From Flavobacteriaceae bacterium CG_4_10_14_3_um_filter_33_47 (GTDB lineage Bacteria; Bacteroidota; Bacteroidia; Flavobacteriales; Flavobacteriaceae), in the NCBI GenBank assembly GCA_002784145.1, contig PFKE01000065.1, positions 2,935 through 66,934 on the forward strand: a stretch of 64,000 nucleotides of DNA, read 5' to 3'. Shown piece after piece: positions 40,670-50,147 of the stretch. Under the pieces are notes generated by a model. The model searched no databases. It was not told the origin of the DNA and worked only from the letters and a program-made list of their open reading frames with translations. Numbering within the stretch: position 1 is the stretch's first letter; each line of letters opens with the position of its first letter. The translations under genes were made by a program, and so were the position numbers.

Positions 40670-42594
40670 TAGTTTGACAAGTTAGAAATTTTTGATTTAA
40701 GCGATTTATCTAAAGGAATAACCTGTAAAGTTGTTTCACCATTAATTTTGAAAGTTTCACCAGAATAGGGTTTATGGTATTCATCCTCCAGGCTATGCGT
40801 TAATATCCAATCTTCCAAATCCGTTCTGGTAATATGGTCTTTAATATATTTTTCAATCATTAAACTTGCTATTTTTCCTGCAAAGCGGCTTCCCCAATAA
40901 CCATTTTCAACAAAAACAGCAATGGCAATTTTTGGGTTGTCTTTGGGTGCAAATGCTACAAAAATAGAATGGTCTGTTAACTGGGTTTTTACACCATTAA
41001 TTTTTATAAAATTTTCAGCCGTTCCTGTTTTACCACAAATATCTATACCTGAAACCCTTAAGGCAGCGGCCGTTCCTTTATTATAAACATCAAACATGCC
41101 TTGAACTACGGGTTCAAAATGTTCTTTGTCAATGGTGGTGTGTTTTGGAGTTGTATAATTGGTATCAATGGTTTCGCTTTCAATATTTTTAATGATATGA
41201 GGCGTGAAATAAAAACCTCTGTTGCCAATGGCTGCTATCATATTAGCTAACTGAATGGGCGTTGCTTCAACTTCACCTTGACCAATAGCATTAGAAATAT
41301 TATAGGTTGAAACCCAACGATTTTCGCCATACCATTTATTATAAAAATCACCATCGGGAATTCTCCCTTTACTTCCAATTTTTAAATCATACCCTAAATA
41401 ATTTCCCAGACCAAAACTTTTAACATGATCGCTCCAAACATTCATGCCTTGGGCTGGATCATCGTACTTATCAATAATTCGTCTGTACACATTGGCAAAA
41501 TAGGAGTTGCAAGATTGAGCAATACCATCAATCATACTCAAAGGACTGGAATGGCTGTGGCAGCCAGTTAAACGTCGGCTACCCAGGTAGTAACCCATTC
41601 TGCAACCAAACCTGTCATGAATGGTCACAACCTTTTCTTGTAAACCAATAAGTGCGTTTAAAACTTTAAAGGGTGAACCTGGCGGATATTGTGCTAACAA
41701 ACTTCTATCATATAAAGGTTTTGAAATTGTGTCATAATGCATTTTTGAATAATTTTTAGACCTATCTCTGCCTACTAATAAATTAGGATTAAAACTTGGT
41801 GCTGATACCATGGCTAATATTTCGCCAGAGCTTGGTTCAATAGCAATAATGCCACCACGTTTATTTTTCATTAATAATTCGCCGTATTCCTGTAATTTTG
41901 CATCAATGGTTATGGTTATGTCTTTTCCAGGCTCAGGTAAAGTGTCATAAATACCATCTTTATAAGGGCCAATGTCTCTGTTAAAACGGTCTTTTTGAAT
42001 GAATTTGATTCCTTTAACGCCACGCAAATCTTCTTCATACGATGCTTCTACTCCTTGTTTTCCAATTAAATCACCCATTTTATAGTAGGGGTCACTTTGA
42101 ATAATGGCATTGTTTACTTCACCAATATCACCTAAAACATTGGCCCCAATAGTTGTTTGGTAAAGGCGTAGCGATCTTTTTTGAATATAAAAGCCTTCAA
42201 ATTTTCTCATTTTTTCTTGCAAAACGGCATAATCTTCTTTTGAAAGATGCGGAATAAAAACAGAAGGAAGCCACGGAGAATAATGGTAAGCTTTATTGTA
42301 AATTTGTTTAAATTGGTCTTTGGTAATTTTTAAAAGTGAACAAAACTCTAAGGTGTCTAAAGGTTTTACTTCGCGTGGAATAAACATAACATCGTACGAT
42401 GGTTGGTTTGCCACCAAAAGGGCACCATTTCTGTCATAAACAAAGCCTCTTTTTGGATAGTCATATACTTTTCTAATGGCATTATCTTCAAACAAATCAT
42501 GCTTGTTGGCACTATATATTTGAAGGTAAAAAAGCCTTACCAGAAATAAAAAGCCAACAAGAATAACAGATAAAAAAAGTAAAAATTTTCTCAT
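40669..42594 (-). CDS. mrdA: penicillin-binding protein 2
   Basis: PGSPFK (SxxK), SCN (SxN), KTGT motifs; located in the mre operon. Confidence 0.95.
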   Translation of the reverse strand: MRKFLLFLSVILVGFLFLVRLFYLQIYSANKHDLFEDNAIRKVYDYPKRGFVYDRNGALLVANQPSYDVMFIPREVKPLDTLEFCSLLKITKDQFKQIYNKAYHYSPWLPSVFIPHLSKEDYAVLQEKMRKFEGFYIQKRSLRLYQTTIGANVLGDIGEVNNAIIQSDPYYKMGDLIGKQGVEASYEEDLRGVKGIKFIQKDRFNRDIGPYKDGIYDTLPEPGKDITITIDAKLQEYGELLMKNKRGGIIAIEPSSGEILAMVSAPSFNPNLLVGRDRSKNYSKMHYDTISKPLYDRSLLAQYPPGSPFKVLNALIGLQEKVVTIHDRFGCRMGYYLGSRRLTGCHSHSSPLSMIDGIAQSCNSYFANVYRRIIDKYDDPAQGMNVWSDHVKSFGLGNYLGYDLKIGSKGRIPDGDFYNKWYGENRWVSTYNISNAIGQGEVEATPIQLANMIAAIGNRGFYFTPHIIKNIESETIDTNYTTPKHTTIDKEHFEPVVQGMFDVYNKGTAAALRVSGIDICGKTGTAENFIKINGVKTQLTDHSIFVAFAPKDNPKIAIAVFVENGYWGSRFAGKIASLMIEKYIKDHITRTDLEDWILTHSLEDEYHKPYSGETFKINGETTLQVIPLDKSLKSKISNLSN

Positions 42595-43097
42595 TTAGTT
42601 TTTCTACTAAATATAATGGTTATTAATATGCACAGGATGATAGTGAATATACTTGAGAATAACGTTTTTTGAAGTGTTAAAATTATTTTTGAAATGTTAA
42701 AGATTTCTAGTGAAAAAAGTATAAGATGATGAATGACCGTTAAAATTGTGATGTAGAGCAGTTTTGAGCCAAACTCAACCGTATCAAATTTTATGGTTTG
42801 ATATTCGTAGATGGTTCCAAAGCAAAATTTTAGAATAAGTGGTCTTGCATAGGCAATACTCACGCAAGATGCGGCATGAATACCGCCAGAATCAGAAAAT
42901 AAATCAATGGTTAATCCCATTAAAAAACTTAGAAAAACAAATAATGTTCTACTATTTTTTATGGGAAATAATATAACAAATAAAATATAAGTGTAAGGAT
43001 TGATGTATCCAAGAAAATTAATATGGTTTAAAACCACGACTTGTAAACCTACAAGTAAAATGAAGCGAACCATGTTGGCATATGTTACACTATTCAT
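42591..43097 (-). CDS. mreD: rod shape-determining protein MreD
   Basis: Hydrophobic, GLTIDLFSDSGGIHA; lies between mreC and mrdA. Confidence 0.9.
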   Translation of the reverse strand: MNSVTYANMVRFILLVGLQVVVLNHINFLGYINPYTYILFVILFPIKNSRTLFVFLSFLMGLTIDLFSDSGGIHAASCVSIAYARPLILKFCFGTIYEYQTIKFDTVEFGSKLLYITILTVIHHLILFSLEIFNISKIILTLQKTLFSSIFTIILCILITIIFSRKTK

Positions 43098-43914
43098 TTT
43101 GACTAGTATTTAGCAGATTGGTTATTTCTTGAATATCGGTATTTTCAATAACATAAACATGTTCTAAATTGGTCATGTCATTAAAAAGCTTGATGTTTAT
43201 TTCGTAATAATTTTCTGCAGCATCTAGTTTGAAATCATGTATAATTCCAATAGAAATACCTTTTGGGAATATGGATGAACGTCCAGAAGTTACAATGGTA
43301 TCACCCACGTTTACCGGAGCTATTTTTGGAATATCAATTAATTGGGTAAAATAAGGAGACTGCCCATTCCATGTTAAGGTTCCAAAATGATTTGTTTTTT
43401 TAAGCTGAGCACTTATTTTGCTAGAAGTATTTAATATAGAAAGTACTGTGGCATATTTTTTACTTGTATGGTCTATAATGCCCACAATACCTTTTGATGA
43501 AATAACACCAAAGTCTTGTTGAATACTATCTGAAAATCCTTTGTTTAGTAACAAGACATTTTTGGATGAGGCAAAACTATTTTTTAAAATATTTGCAGGT
43601 GTAAATCTATAATTTTTATTAAAGGTTGTGCGATCTGTAAAACTAGAATCGTTAACACTTTTAGAATTGTGTAAAATAGCATTTAATCTGCTGTTTTCTT
43701 CCAGTAAAATCTCGTTCTGGGTTTTAAGACCAAAATAGTTGTTAATATTACTTAAAGAGTTATAAACGCCACCCGTTAAAAAATTGGCAGAATTAATAAA
43801 CTTACTTTTGTGATAAGAATGTGTTTGGATGGTAAAAGTTAGCGATAAGGTAAACAGCAACAAGAACAACAAAAACGTTTTGTTTCTTATTATAAAATTT
43901 ATAATTTGTTGCAT
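43090..43914 (-). CDS. mreC: rod shape-determining protein MreC
   Basis: N-terminal TM and coiled coil, GDTIVTSG.SSIFPKGI. Confidence 0.93.
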   Translation of the reverse strand: MQQIINFIIRNKTFLLFLLLFTLSLTFTIQTHSYHKSKFINSANFLTGGVYNSLSNINNYFGLKTQNEILLEENSRLNAILHNSKSVNDSSFTDRTTFNKNYRFTPANILKNSFASSKNVLLLNKGFSDSIQQDFGVISSKGIVGIIDHTSKKYATVLSILNTSSKISAQLKKTNHFGTLTWNGQSPYFTQLIDIPKIAPVNVGDTIVTSGRSSIFPKGISIGIIHDFKLDAAENYYEINIKLFNDMTNLEHVYVIENTDIQEITNLLNTSQNE

Positions 43915-43929
43915 GTTAAATTAATAGAG

Positions 43930-44958
43930 CTATTTAATCAATACACTTTTGTATTTTATTAAATTTTTAAGGGTTATGCCCGTGCCTCTTACTACGGCAC
44001 GTAAAGGATCTTCAGCTATGTAAACTGGCAAATCTGTTTTTTGAGATAAACGTTTATCTAAGCCACGTAACATAGAGCCGCCACCAGCTAAATAAATACC
44101 TGTATTATAAATATCGGCAGCTAGTTCTGGAGGTGTTTGAGATAAGGTTTCCATCACAGCATCTTCAATACGTAAAATGGATTTATCTAGAGCTTTAGCT
44201 ATTTCTCTGTATGAGATTTGAACTTGTTTTGGTTTACCTGTTAGTAAATCACGACCTTGAACACTCATATCGTCTGGAGGAAGTTCCAAATCTTCGGTAG
44301 CTGCACCAATCTGAATTTTTATTTTTTCAGCAGTACGTTCACCTACATATAAATTGTGCTGCGTTCTCATGTAATAAACAATATCATTGGTGAAAACATC
44401 ACCTGCAATCTTTACAGATTTATCGCAAACAATACCACCCAAAGCAATCACCGCAATTTCTGTAGTACCGCCACCTATATCAACAATCATATTACCTTTA
44501 GGTTGCATGATATCTATTCCAATTCCAATGGCAGCAGCCATGGGTTCATGAATTAAATAAACTTCTTTACCATTTACACGTTCTGCACTTTCTTTAACAG
44601 CACGCATTTCAACTTCTGTAATTCCTGAAGGGATACAAATAACCATTCTTAAAGCAGGTGTAAAAAATCTCTTTTTTAGTGCAGGTATGTTTTTAATAAA
44701 CATACTAATCATTTGTTCAGAAGCATCAAAATCTGCAATAACACCATCTTTTAAAGGTCTTATGGTTTTGATGTTTTCATGAGTTTTTCCTTGCATTAAA
44801 CTAGCTTCTTGACCAACATGCGTTATTTTACCGGTTATTCTGTCTCGCGCTACAATGGAAGGCGCATCAACCACTACTTTGTCATTATGTATAATAAGGG
44901 TATTTGCAGTACCTAAATCTATTGCAATTTCTTCAGTTAGGAAGTCAAAAAAGCCCAT
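43930..44958 (-). CDS. mreB: actin-like MreB
   Basis: DLGTANT, PLKDGVIADF, DIGGGTTE, GGGSML. Confidence 0.97.
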   Translation of the reverse strand: MGFFDFLTEEIAIDLGTANTLIIHNDKVVVDAPSIVARDRITGKITHVGQEASLMQGKTHENIKTIRPLKDGVIADFDASEQMISMFIKNIPALKKRFFTPALRMVICIPSGITEVEMRAVKESAERVNGKEVYLIHEPMAAAIGIGIDIMQPKGNMIVDIGGGTTEIAVIALGGIVCDKSVKIAGDVFTNDIVYYMRTQHNLYVGERTAEKIKIQIGAATEDLELPPDDMSVQGRDLLTGKPKQVQISYREIAKALDKSILRIEDAVMETLSQTPPELAADIYNTGIYLAGGGSMLRGLDKRLSQKTDLPVYIAEDPLRAVVRGTGITLKNLIKYKSVLIK

Positions 44959-45046
44959 GTGCTGTATGTGTTGTTAAAGGTTTGTAAACTTATCTTGTAA
45001 ATGTAATAAAAGTTAAGGTAAATAAAATAATTAGATATTTATTTAA

Positions 45047-46579
45047 TTAATGTTTGAAATGTCTTGTTCCTGTTAATACCATAGAAACATTGTTTTCATT
45101 GCAAAAATCAATACTCAATTGGTCTTTAATGGATCCTCCTGGTTGAATTACGCTGGAAATACCAGCATTTTTAGCAATTTCCACACAATCTGGAAAAGGA
45201 AAAAAGGCATCACTTGCCATAACAGAACCTTTTAAATCAAAATGAAAACTTTGTGCTTTATGAATGGCTTGGTTTAAGGCGTCAACCCGACTTGTCTGAC
45301 CTGTTCCGCTTGCTAATAGTTGTTTGTTTTTTGCTAATACGATGGTGTTAGATTTGGTGTGCTTACAAATTTTTGAAGCAAAGATTAAATCTTCTAACTC
45401 GTTTTTGTTTGGTTTATTGTTAGTTGCATAGGTTAAATGTTCAATGGCATCGGTTATGTTATCCCGGCCTTGAACCAATACACCATTTAAACAACTTCTT
45501 ACGCTTGTTTTTGGCATGTCAATATCGTGAATAACTAAAATAATTCTGTTTTTTTTGCCTTGTAAAATAGTTAAGGCGTCTGCGGAATAAGAAGGAGCAA
45601 TAATGACTTCGCAAAATAAATTGTGTATGTCTTCGGCTGAAGTTTTATCTATTTCTGTATTGCTAATTAAAACACCACCAAAAGCAGAAACTGGATCACC
45701 TGCTAAGGCATCTAAATACGCTTGTTTTATACTGGCTCTTTGTGCTAAACCGCAGGCGTTGTTGTGTTTTAAAATAGCAAAGGTAGGTGCATCATTTTTA
45801 AACTCATTCATTAAGTTTACGGCAGAGTCTACATCTAGTAAATTATTATAGCTAAGTTCTTTACCATGAAGTTTTGTAAAAAGCGCATCAAAATTACCAA
45901 AGAAAAACCCTTTTTGATGTGGGTTTTCACCATATCGTAAAACCTGACCATTGGTTTCGCTAATTTTTAATACGGCTTCTTCATGATTTTTGTTGAAATA
46001 ATTAAAAATGGCCGAATCATAATGCGACGAAACATTAAAGGCTTTGGTAGCAAAACGTTTTCTATCACTTTCTGAAAGGTTCCCGTTTTTCTCTGTAATT
46101 AAATCAAGAAATTCAGCATAGTCATCTACCGAAGCAACACAAACCACATCCGCATAATTTTTTGCGGCTGCCCGAATTAACGAAATACCTCCAATATCAA
46201 TTTTCTCAATAATATCTTGTTCACTGGCTCCCGAAGCGACCGTTTTTTCAAACGGGTATAAATCAACAATAACCACATCTATTTGAGGGATATCAAATTC
46301 AGCTAATTCAGCAATGTCACTCATATTATTTTGACGGTTTAAAATACCACCAAACACTTTTGGATGTAATGTTTTAACACGTCCGCCAAGAATAGAAGGG
46401 TATGAGGTTATTTCTTCAACAGGAATTACATGAATGCCTAAGTTGTTAATAAATTGTTGTGTACCACCGGTTGAATAAATGGTTACTCCTTGCTCGTTTA
46501 ATTTCTTTACAATGGGTTCTAATCCATCCTTACTAAAGACTGATATTAATGCGGACTTAATTGTTTTTTGGTTACTCAT
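45047..46579 (-). CDS. purH: bifunctional AICAR transformylase / IMP cyclohydrolase
   Basis: GGRVKTLHP, IDIGG, LRYGENPHQ, SDAFFPF, IQPGGS, RHFKH. Confidence 0.97.
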   Translation of the reverse strand: MSNQKTIKSALISVFSKDGLEPIVKKLNEQGVTIYSTGGTQQFINNLGIHVIPVEEITSYPSILGGRVKTLHPKVFGGILNRQNNMSDIAELAEFDIPQIDVVIVDLYPFEKTVASGASEQDIIEKIDIGGISLIRAAAKNYADVVCVASVDDYAEFLDLITEKNGNLSESDRKRFATKAFNVSSHYDSAIFNYFNKNHEEAVLKISETNGQVLRYGENPHQKGFFFGNFDALFTKLHGKELSYNNLLDVDSAVNLMNEFKNDAPTFAILKHNNACGLAQRASIKQAYLDALAGDPVSAFGGVLISNTEIDKTSAEDIHNLFCEVIIAPSYSADALTILQGKKNRIILVIHDIDMPKTSVRSCLNGVLVQGRDNITDAIEHLTYATNNKPNKNELEDLIFASKICKHTKSNTIVLAKNKQLLASGTGQTSRVDALNQAIHKAQSFHFDLKGSVMASDAFFPFPDCVEIAKNAGISSVIQPGGSIKDQLSIDFCNENNVSMVLTGTRHFKH

Positions 46580-46667
46580 TTTGTTGGTTTGTTTCTTTTT
46601 TTATAATTGAAAAGCAATTTTTAGATGAATTTTTTCTTAAATCTTGTTATGTAGCATCTTAAAAGTG

Positions 46668-46675
46668 CAAAAGTA
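46668..46675 (-). promoter_or_regulatory. -7 promoter element of purH
   Basis: TACTTTTG(CA) on the minus strand. Confidence 0.65.
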
Positions 46676-46791
46676 ATTATTTCAAGTAAAATTACAGACT
46701 AGAAAAGGGTTTAGTTTTTATTTTTTGTAACGAATATTTTAATTAAACGTCATATCTTTATCTCTTAATGATCATTTAGAATTTTAAGCGT

Positions 46792-48042
46792 ATGATGCTT
46801 TATTTACGTCTTTTTAAAGAAAGTTTTTTCTTTGCAATTAATGCCTTGAGAAACAACAAACTGCGTACGTTTTTATCATTAATAGGAGTTACAGTTGGTA
46901 TTTTTTCAATCATTGCAGTATTAGCGGCCGTAGATTCTTTAGATCAAAGTATTAAAAGTCAACTTTCTGGTATCGACAAAAACACCATGTATGTTACTCG
47001 TTTTTCCTTTGGTCCCACAGAGATTCCCCGATGGCAACGCGAGAATTTCCCACAAACAGGCTACGATGATTTTGAATTTATAAAACGAAATGTTTCAGGA
47101 GTAGAAGCCTGTGCTTTTGCGCTTTTTGGAAGTGCCCAAAGTATTCGATATCAGGATAGAACGCTTGAAAACATCAATACCACACCTGTTTCAAACGAAA
47201 TTTATGAAATAGATAATTTAAAACTTTTTAAAGGCCGATTTTATAACGAAACCGAATCAAATATTGGTGCTTCTGTGATTGTTTTAGGATATAATTTGGC
47301 TGAAAATCTTTTTGAAAATGAAGAACCAATTGGAAAAATAGTTCGAGTTTATGGGAGAAAATTAACCGTTATTGGTGTGCTTGGTAAATATGGTGGTCTT
47401 AATATGGATTCTCCTGATGATAAAGCTTTTGTACCGGCCAATTTTGTTCGTCAGTTTATGAATACTGGAAATAATGGAATTATGACCATGATTATTATTA
47501 AACCTGAAAAAGGCATTGATATCGGCGCTTTTGAAGAAGTTTTAAGACAAAAATATAGAAGGTACAGAGGCTTAAAACCTGATGAAATCGATAATTTTTT
47601 TATCAATAAACTCTCCGGATTTACAGATTTAATAGACGGTATTATTTCAACTATGAATATGATTGGTTGGGTTATTAGTGGATTTTCTTTATTGGTTGGT
47701 GGTTTTGGAGTTGCCAATATTATGTTTGTGAGTGTAAAAGAACGAACCAATTTAATTGGAATTCAAAAAGCTATGGGAGCCAAGAATCGCTTTATATTAT
47801 TTCAGTTTTTATTTGAAGCTGTTATTTTAGCCGTTATTGGTGGGCTTATTGGGTTGTTTTTGGTATGGATTGGCACCTTAATAGGGTCTTCATTAGCTGG
47901 AGATTTTGAGTTTGTACTGTCATTTAAAAATATGGTACTAGGCTTTACAGTATCAAGCATTATAGGGTTAATAGCGGGTATTTTACCTGCGAATTCTGCG
48001 GCAAAGTTAGACCCTGTTGAGGCCATCAGAACCGGTATGTAG
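46792..48042 (+). CDS. MacB/FtsX-family ABC transporter permease
   Basis: N-terminal TM, periplasmic domain, GVANIMFVSVKERT..IGI.KAMGA, LDPVEAIR. Confidence 0.92.
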   Translation: MMLYLRLFKESFFFAINALRNNKLRTFLSLIGVTVGIFSIIAVLAAVDSLDQSIKSQLSGIDKNTMYVTRFSFGPTEIPRWQRENFPQTGYDDFEFIKRNVSGVEACAFALFGSAQSIRYQDRTLENINTTPVSNEIYEIDNLKLFKGRFYNETESNIGASVIVLGYNLAENLFENEEPIGKIVRVYGRKLTVIGVLGKYGGLNMDSPDDKAFVPANFVRQFMNTGNNGIMTMIIIKPEKGIDIGAFEEVLRQKYRRYRGLKPDEIDNFFINKLSGFTDLIDGIISTMNMIGWVISGFSLLVGGFGVANIMFVSVKERTNLIGIQKAMGAKNRFILFQFLFEAVILAVIGGLIGLFLVWIGTLIGSSLAGDFEFVLSFKNMVLGFTVSSIIGLIAGILPANSAAKLDPVEAIRTGM

Positions 48043-48043
48043 G

Positions 48044-48499
48044 TTAAAGAATCGTTGCTACCTTTGCACAAACAAACTCTAAAAAACGTTCATCAGCTTC
48101 CGTAAAAGGGTCTGGTGTATTTGAATCTATATCTATCTGCCCTATATTCTTACCATTTACAAAAATGGGTATCACAATTTCAGCTTTCACAGTTATGCTG
48201 CAAGCTATGTAATTGTCTTGTGCTGCAACATCAGGAACCACAAAGTTTTTATTGCTTACAGCTACTTGTCCACAAATACCTTTTCCAAATGGAATAACGG
48301 TATGATTTGTTGGAGCACCAACATATGGTCCTAAAATTAATTCTTCTTTAAGGCCATTTCTAAAATAAAAACCAACCCAATTATAGTACGATATGTTTTT
48401 TTCAAGCACTTCACAGATGTTTAACAATCGTTGCTCTATAGGTTTTTCTTGTTTAGAAACAATCGCTTCTATTTGTGGTTTTAAAGTTTCAAAAATCAT
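48044..48499 (-). CDS. GAF domain protein, free Met-R-sulfoxide reductase (MsrC/YebR)-like
   Basis: YNWVGFY, GICGQ, NYIACS, EIVIP, DIDS. Confidence 0.85.
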   Translation of the reverse strand: MIFETLKPQIEAIVSKQEKPIEQRLLNICEVLEKNISYYNWVGFYFRNGLKEELILGPYVGAPTNHTVIPFGKGICGQVAVSNKNFVVPDVAAQDNYIACSITVKAEIVIPIFVNGKNIGQIDIDSNTPDPFTEADERFLEFVCAKVATIL

Positions 48500-48584
48500 C
48501 TATTAAAAGTTTTGGTAAAAGTATTTAAAAAGACGTAACTTCGATATTCAAATTTATTTAAATTTAAAATCGTTTTAGGTTTTT

Positions 48585-49136
48585 TTGAAGGCACTCGTTA
48601 TTAAATACAAATCGGTTATCAAATTTATATTAACATTTATGGTGGTATATATGTTAATGTCTTTATGCTATAAATGGTATTTAGATATTTCAAAAAATGG
48701 CGATTATTTTCCTGATTATATTACCAATTTAGTAGCTAGACAAAGCAAAGATTTAATTGATGTTACCGGCTATAATGCTCAAGTTTTACCGCATTCAGAA
48801 GAACCTTCCATGAAATTAATTATAAATGATAAATACTTGGCCAGAGTGATTGAAGGTTGCAATTCTGTAAGTGTTATTATTTTATTTGTTTCGTTTATTG
48901 TGGCTTTTTCTGGTAGTTTAAAAACAACGTTGATGTATATACTCTCTGGAAGCGTTTTAATTTATACGGTTAATTTATTACGAATCGTTATTTTATCTAT
49001 TGGCTTGTATCATTATCCTTGGCGAAGAGATATATTACATACGGTGATTTTTCCAGGAATTATTTATGGAATGGTCTTTTTATTATGGATTTTTTGGGTA
49101 AACAGATTTTCTAACATGATAAAAAAAAATGAATAA
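48585..49136 (+). CDS. xrtF: exosortase family protein XrtF
   Basis: IIEGCNSVS catalytic Cys, NLLRI Arg, conserved His; followed by its partner gene. TTG start. Confidence 0.88.
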   Translation: MKALVIKYKSVIKFILTFMVVYMLMSLCYKWYLDISKNGDYFPDYITNLVARQSKDLIDVTGYNAQVLPHSEEPSMKLIINDKYLARVIEGCNSVSVIILFVSFIVAFSGSLKTTLMYILSGSVLIYTVNLLRIVILSIGLYHYPWRRDILHTVIFPGIIYGMVFLLWIFWVNRFSNMIKKNE

Positions 49137-49557
49137 TAGTCTTAAATATACCTTATTAATACTGTTGTTTGGAATGTTAGTGTTAATCCGTGTTTTTGAG
49201 AACCAACTATTTTACGACCCATATTTATTGTTTTTTCAAAATGACTATCTATATATTGACAATCCCAGGCGAGAAGTTTTTAAATTAATGACCTTTACAA
49301 GTTTAAGATATGGGTTAAATGCCATCATCTCATTAGCCATCTTGTATGTGGTTTTTAAAGATGTAAGTATGATTAAGTTTTCAACACTTATATACCTGTT
49401 TTCATTTATATTGCTTAGTTTAATGTATCTATATTTTGTTGTAAACCCTAAGCAAGAGCAGTATTATTTGTTTTTTAACATCAGACGGTTTTTAATTCAA
49501 CCCATCCTTTTATTAGTCTTGTTACCAGCTTTTTATTATTACAAACTGAAGCATTAA
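49129..49557 (+). CDS. exosortase F system-associated membrane protein
   Basis: IRVFENQLFYDP and RRFLIQP motifs; overlaps xrtF. Confidence 0.85.
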   Translation: MNNSLKYTLLILLFGMLVLIRVFENQLFYDPYLLFFQNDYLYIDNPRREVFKLMTFTSLRYGLNAIISLAILYVVFKDVSMIKFSTLIYLFSFILLSLMYLYFVVNPKQEQYYLFFNIRRFLIQPILLLVLLPAFYYYKLKH

Positions 49558-49568
49558 ATGTTAAGGTC

Positions 49569-49582
49569 ATGATAAACATCAG
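49569..49582. promoter_or_regulatory. Fnr/Crp-type box upstream of the metal efflux cluster
   Basis: ATGATAAACATCAG, 22 nt upstream of a perfect TATTTTTG (49605-49612). Confidence 0.65.
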
Positions 49583-49618
49583 CTTGTATTGGTTATATTT
49601 TTCGTATTTTTGGTTTCT

Positions 49619-50035
49619 ATGAAAGTTTTATCACAAAAAATAATGTCTTTTTTTATGGCTTTGGTAGTCTTGTTTTCTACCACGTCATTTACCATTGATA
49701 AGCATTATTGTGGGAAAATATTAGTTGATACCGCTGTTTTTAATAAGGCCAAAGGTTGTGGCATGGAGATGCAAGTCTCAACAATCAATTCAGAATGTTC
49801 AACCGTTAAAAAAAGCTGTTGTACAGAAGAACAGATTACTGTACAAGGACAAGACGAGTTGCAACTGAACTTAGATAAACTTACTTTAGAAAAGCAACTT
49901 TTTGTTGCTTCATTTTTATATTCTTATGCATCACTTTTTGAAAGTGCTGAAAAACCAACCCATTCATTTTTAGAATATCCACCACCACTTATTGTCAAGA
50001 GTATCTACAAACTTGACGAGACTTATTTAATTTGA
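49619..50035 (+). CDS. HYC_CC_PP family small protein (candidate regulatory leader)
   Basis: Hydrophobic N-terminus, HYC, CGME, SCC, C-terminal YPPPL. ATG 49619 is preferred over the track start at 49589. Confidence 0.85.
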   Translation: MKVLSQKIMSFFMALVVLFSTTSFTIDKHYCGKILVDTAVFNKAKGCGMEMQVSTINSECSTVKKSCCTEEQITVQGQDELQLNLDKLTLEKQLFVASFLYSYASLFESAEKPTHSFLEYPPPLIVKSIYKLDETYLI

Positions 50036-50053
50036 TTTTTAAAGCATTAGGCT

Positions 50054-50135
50054 AAGTTATCCAACAACAATTTATTGTTATTAGGATAATTTGTTGTATT
50101 CGGTGTTATCCTTAAACCAATGTCTAACGGTTTAA
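50054..50135 (+). promoter_or_regulatory. structured leader between HYC_CC_PP and cusA
   Basis: Hairpin 50054-50092 (aagttatccaacaacaa / ttgttattaggataattt); second ttatcc at 50106-50111; ttaaacc / ggtttaa inverted repeat at 50112-50135. Confidence 0.55.
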
Positions 50136-50147
50136 TAATCATTTTAT

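Noticed and set aside
46580-46791. Possible ZTP or purine riboswitch upstream of purH (also checked upstream of purL)
   Set aside because: The leaders are very AT-rich with no recognisable aptamer stems or conserved motifs.
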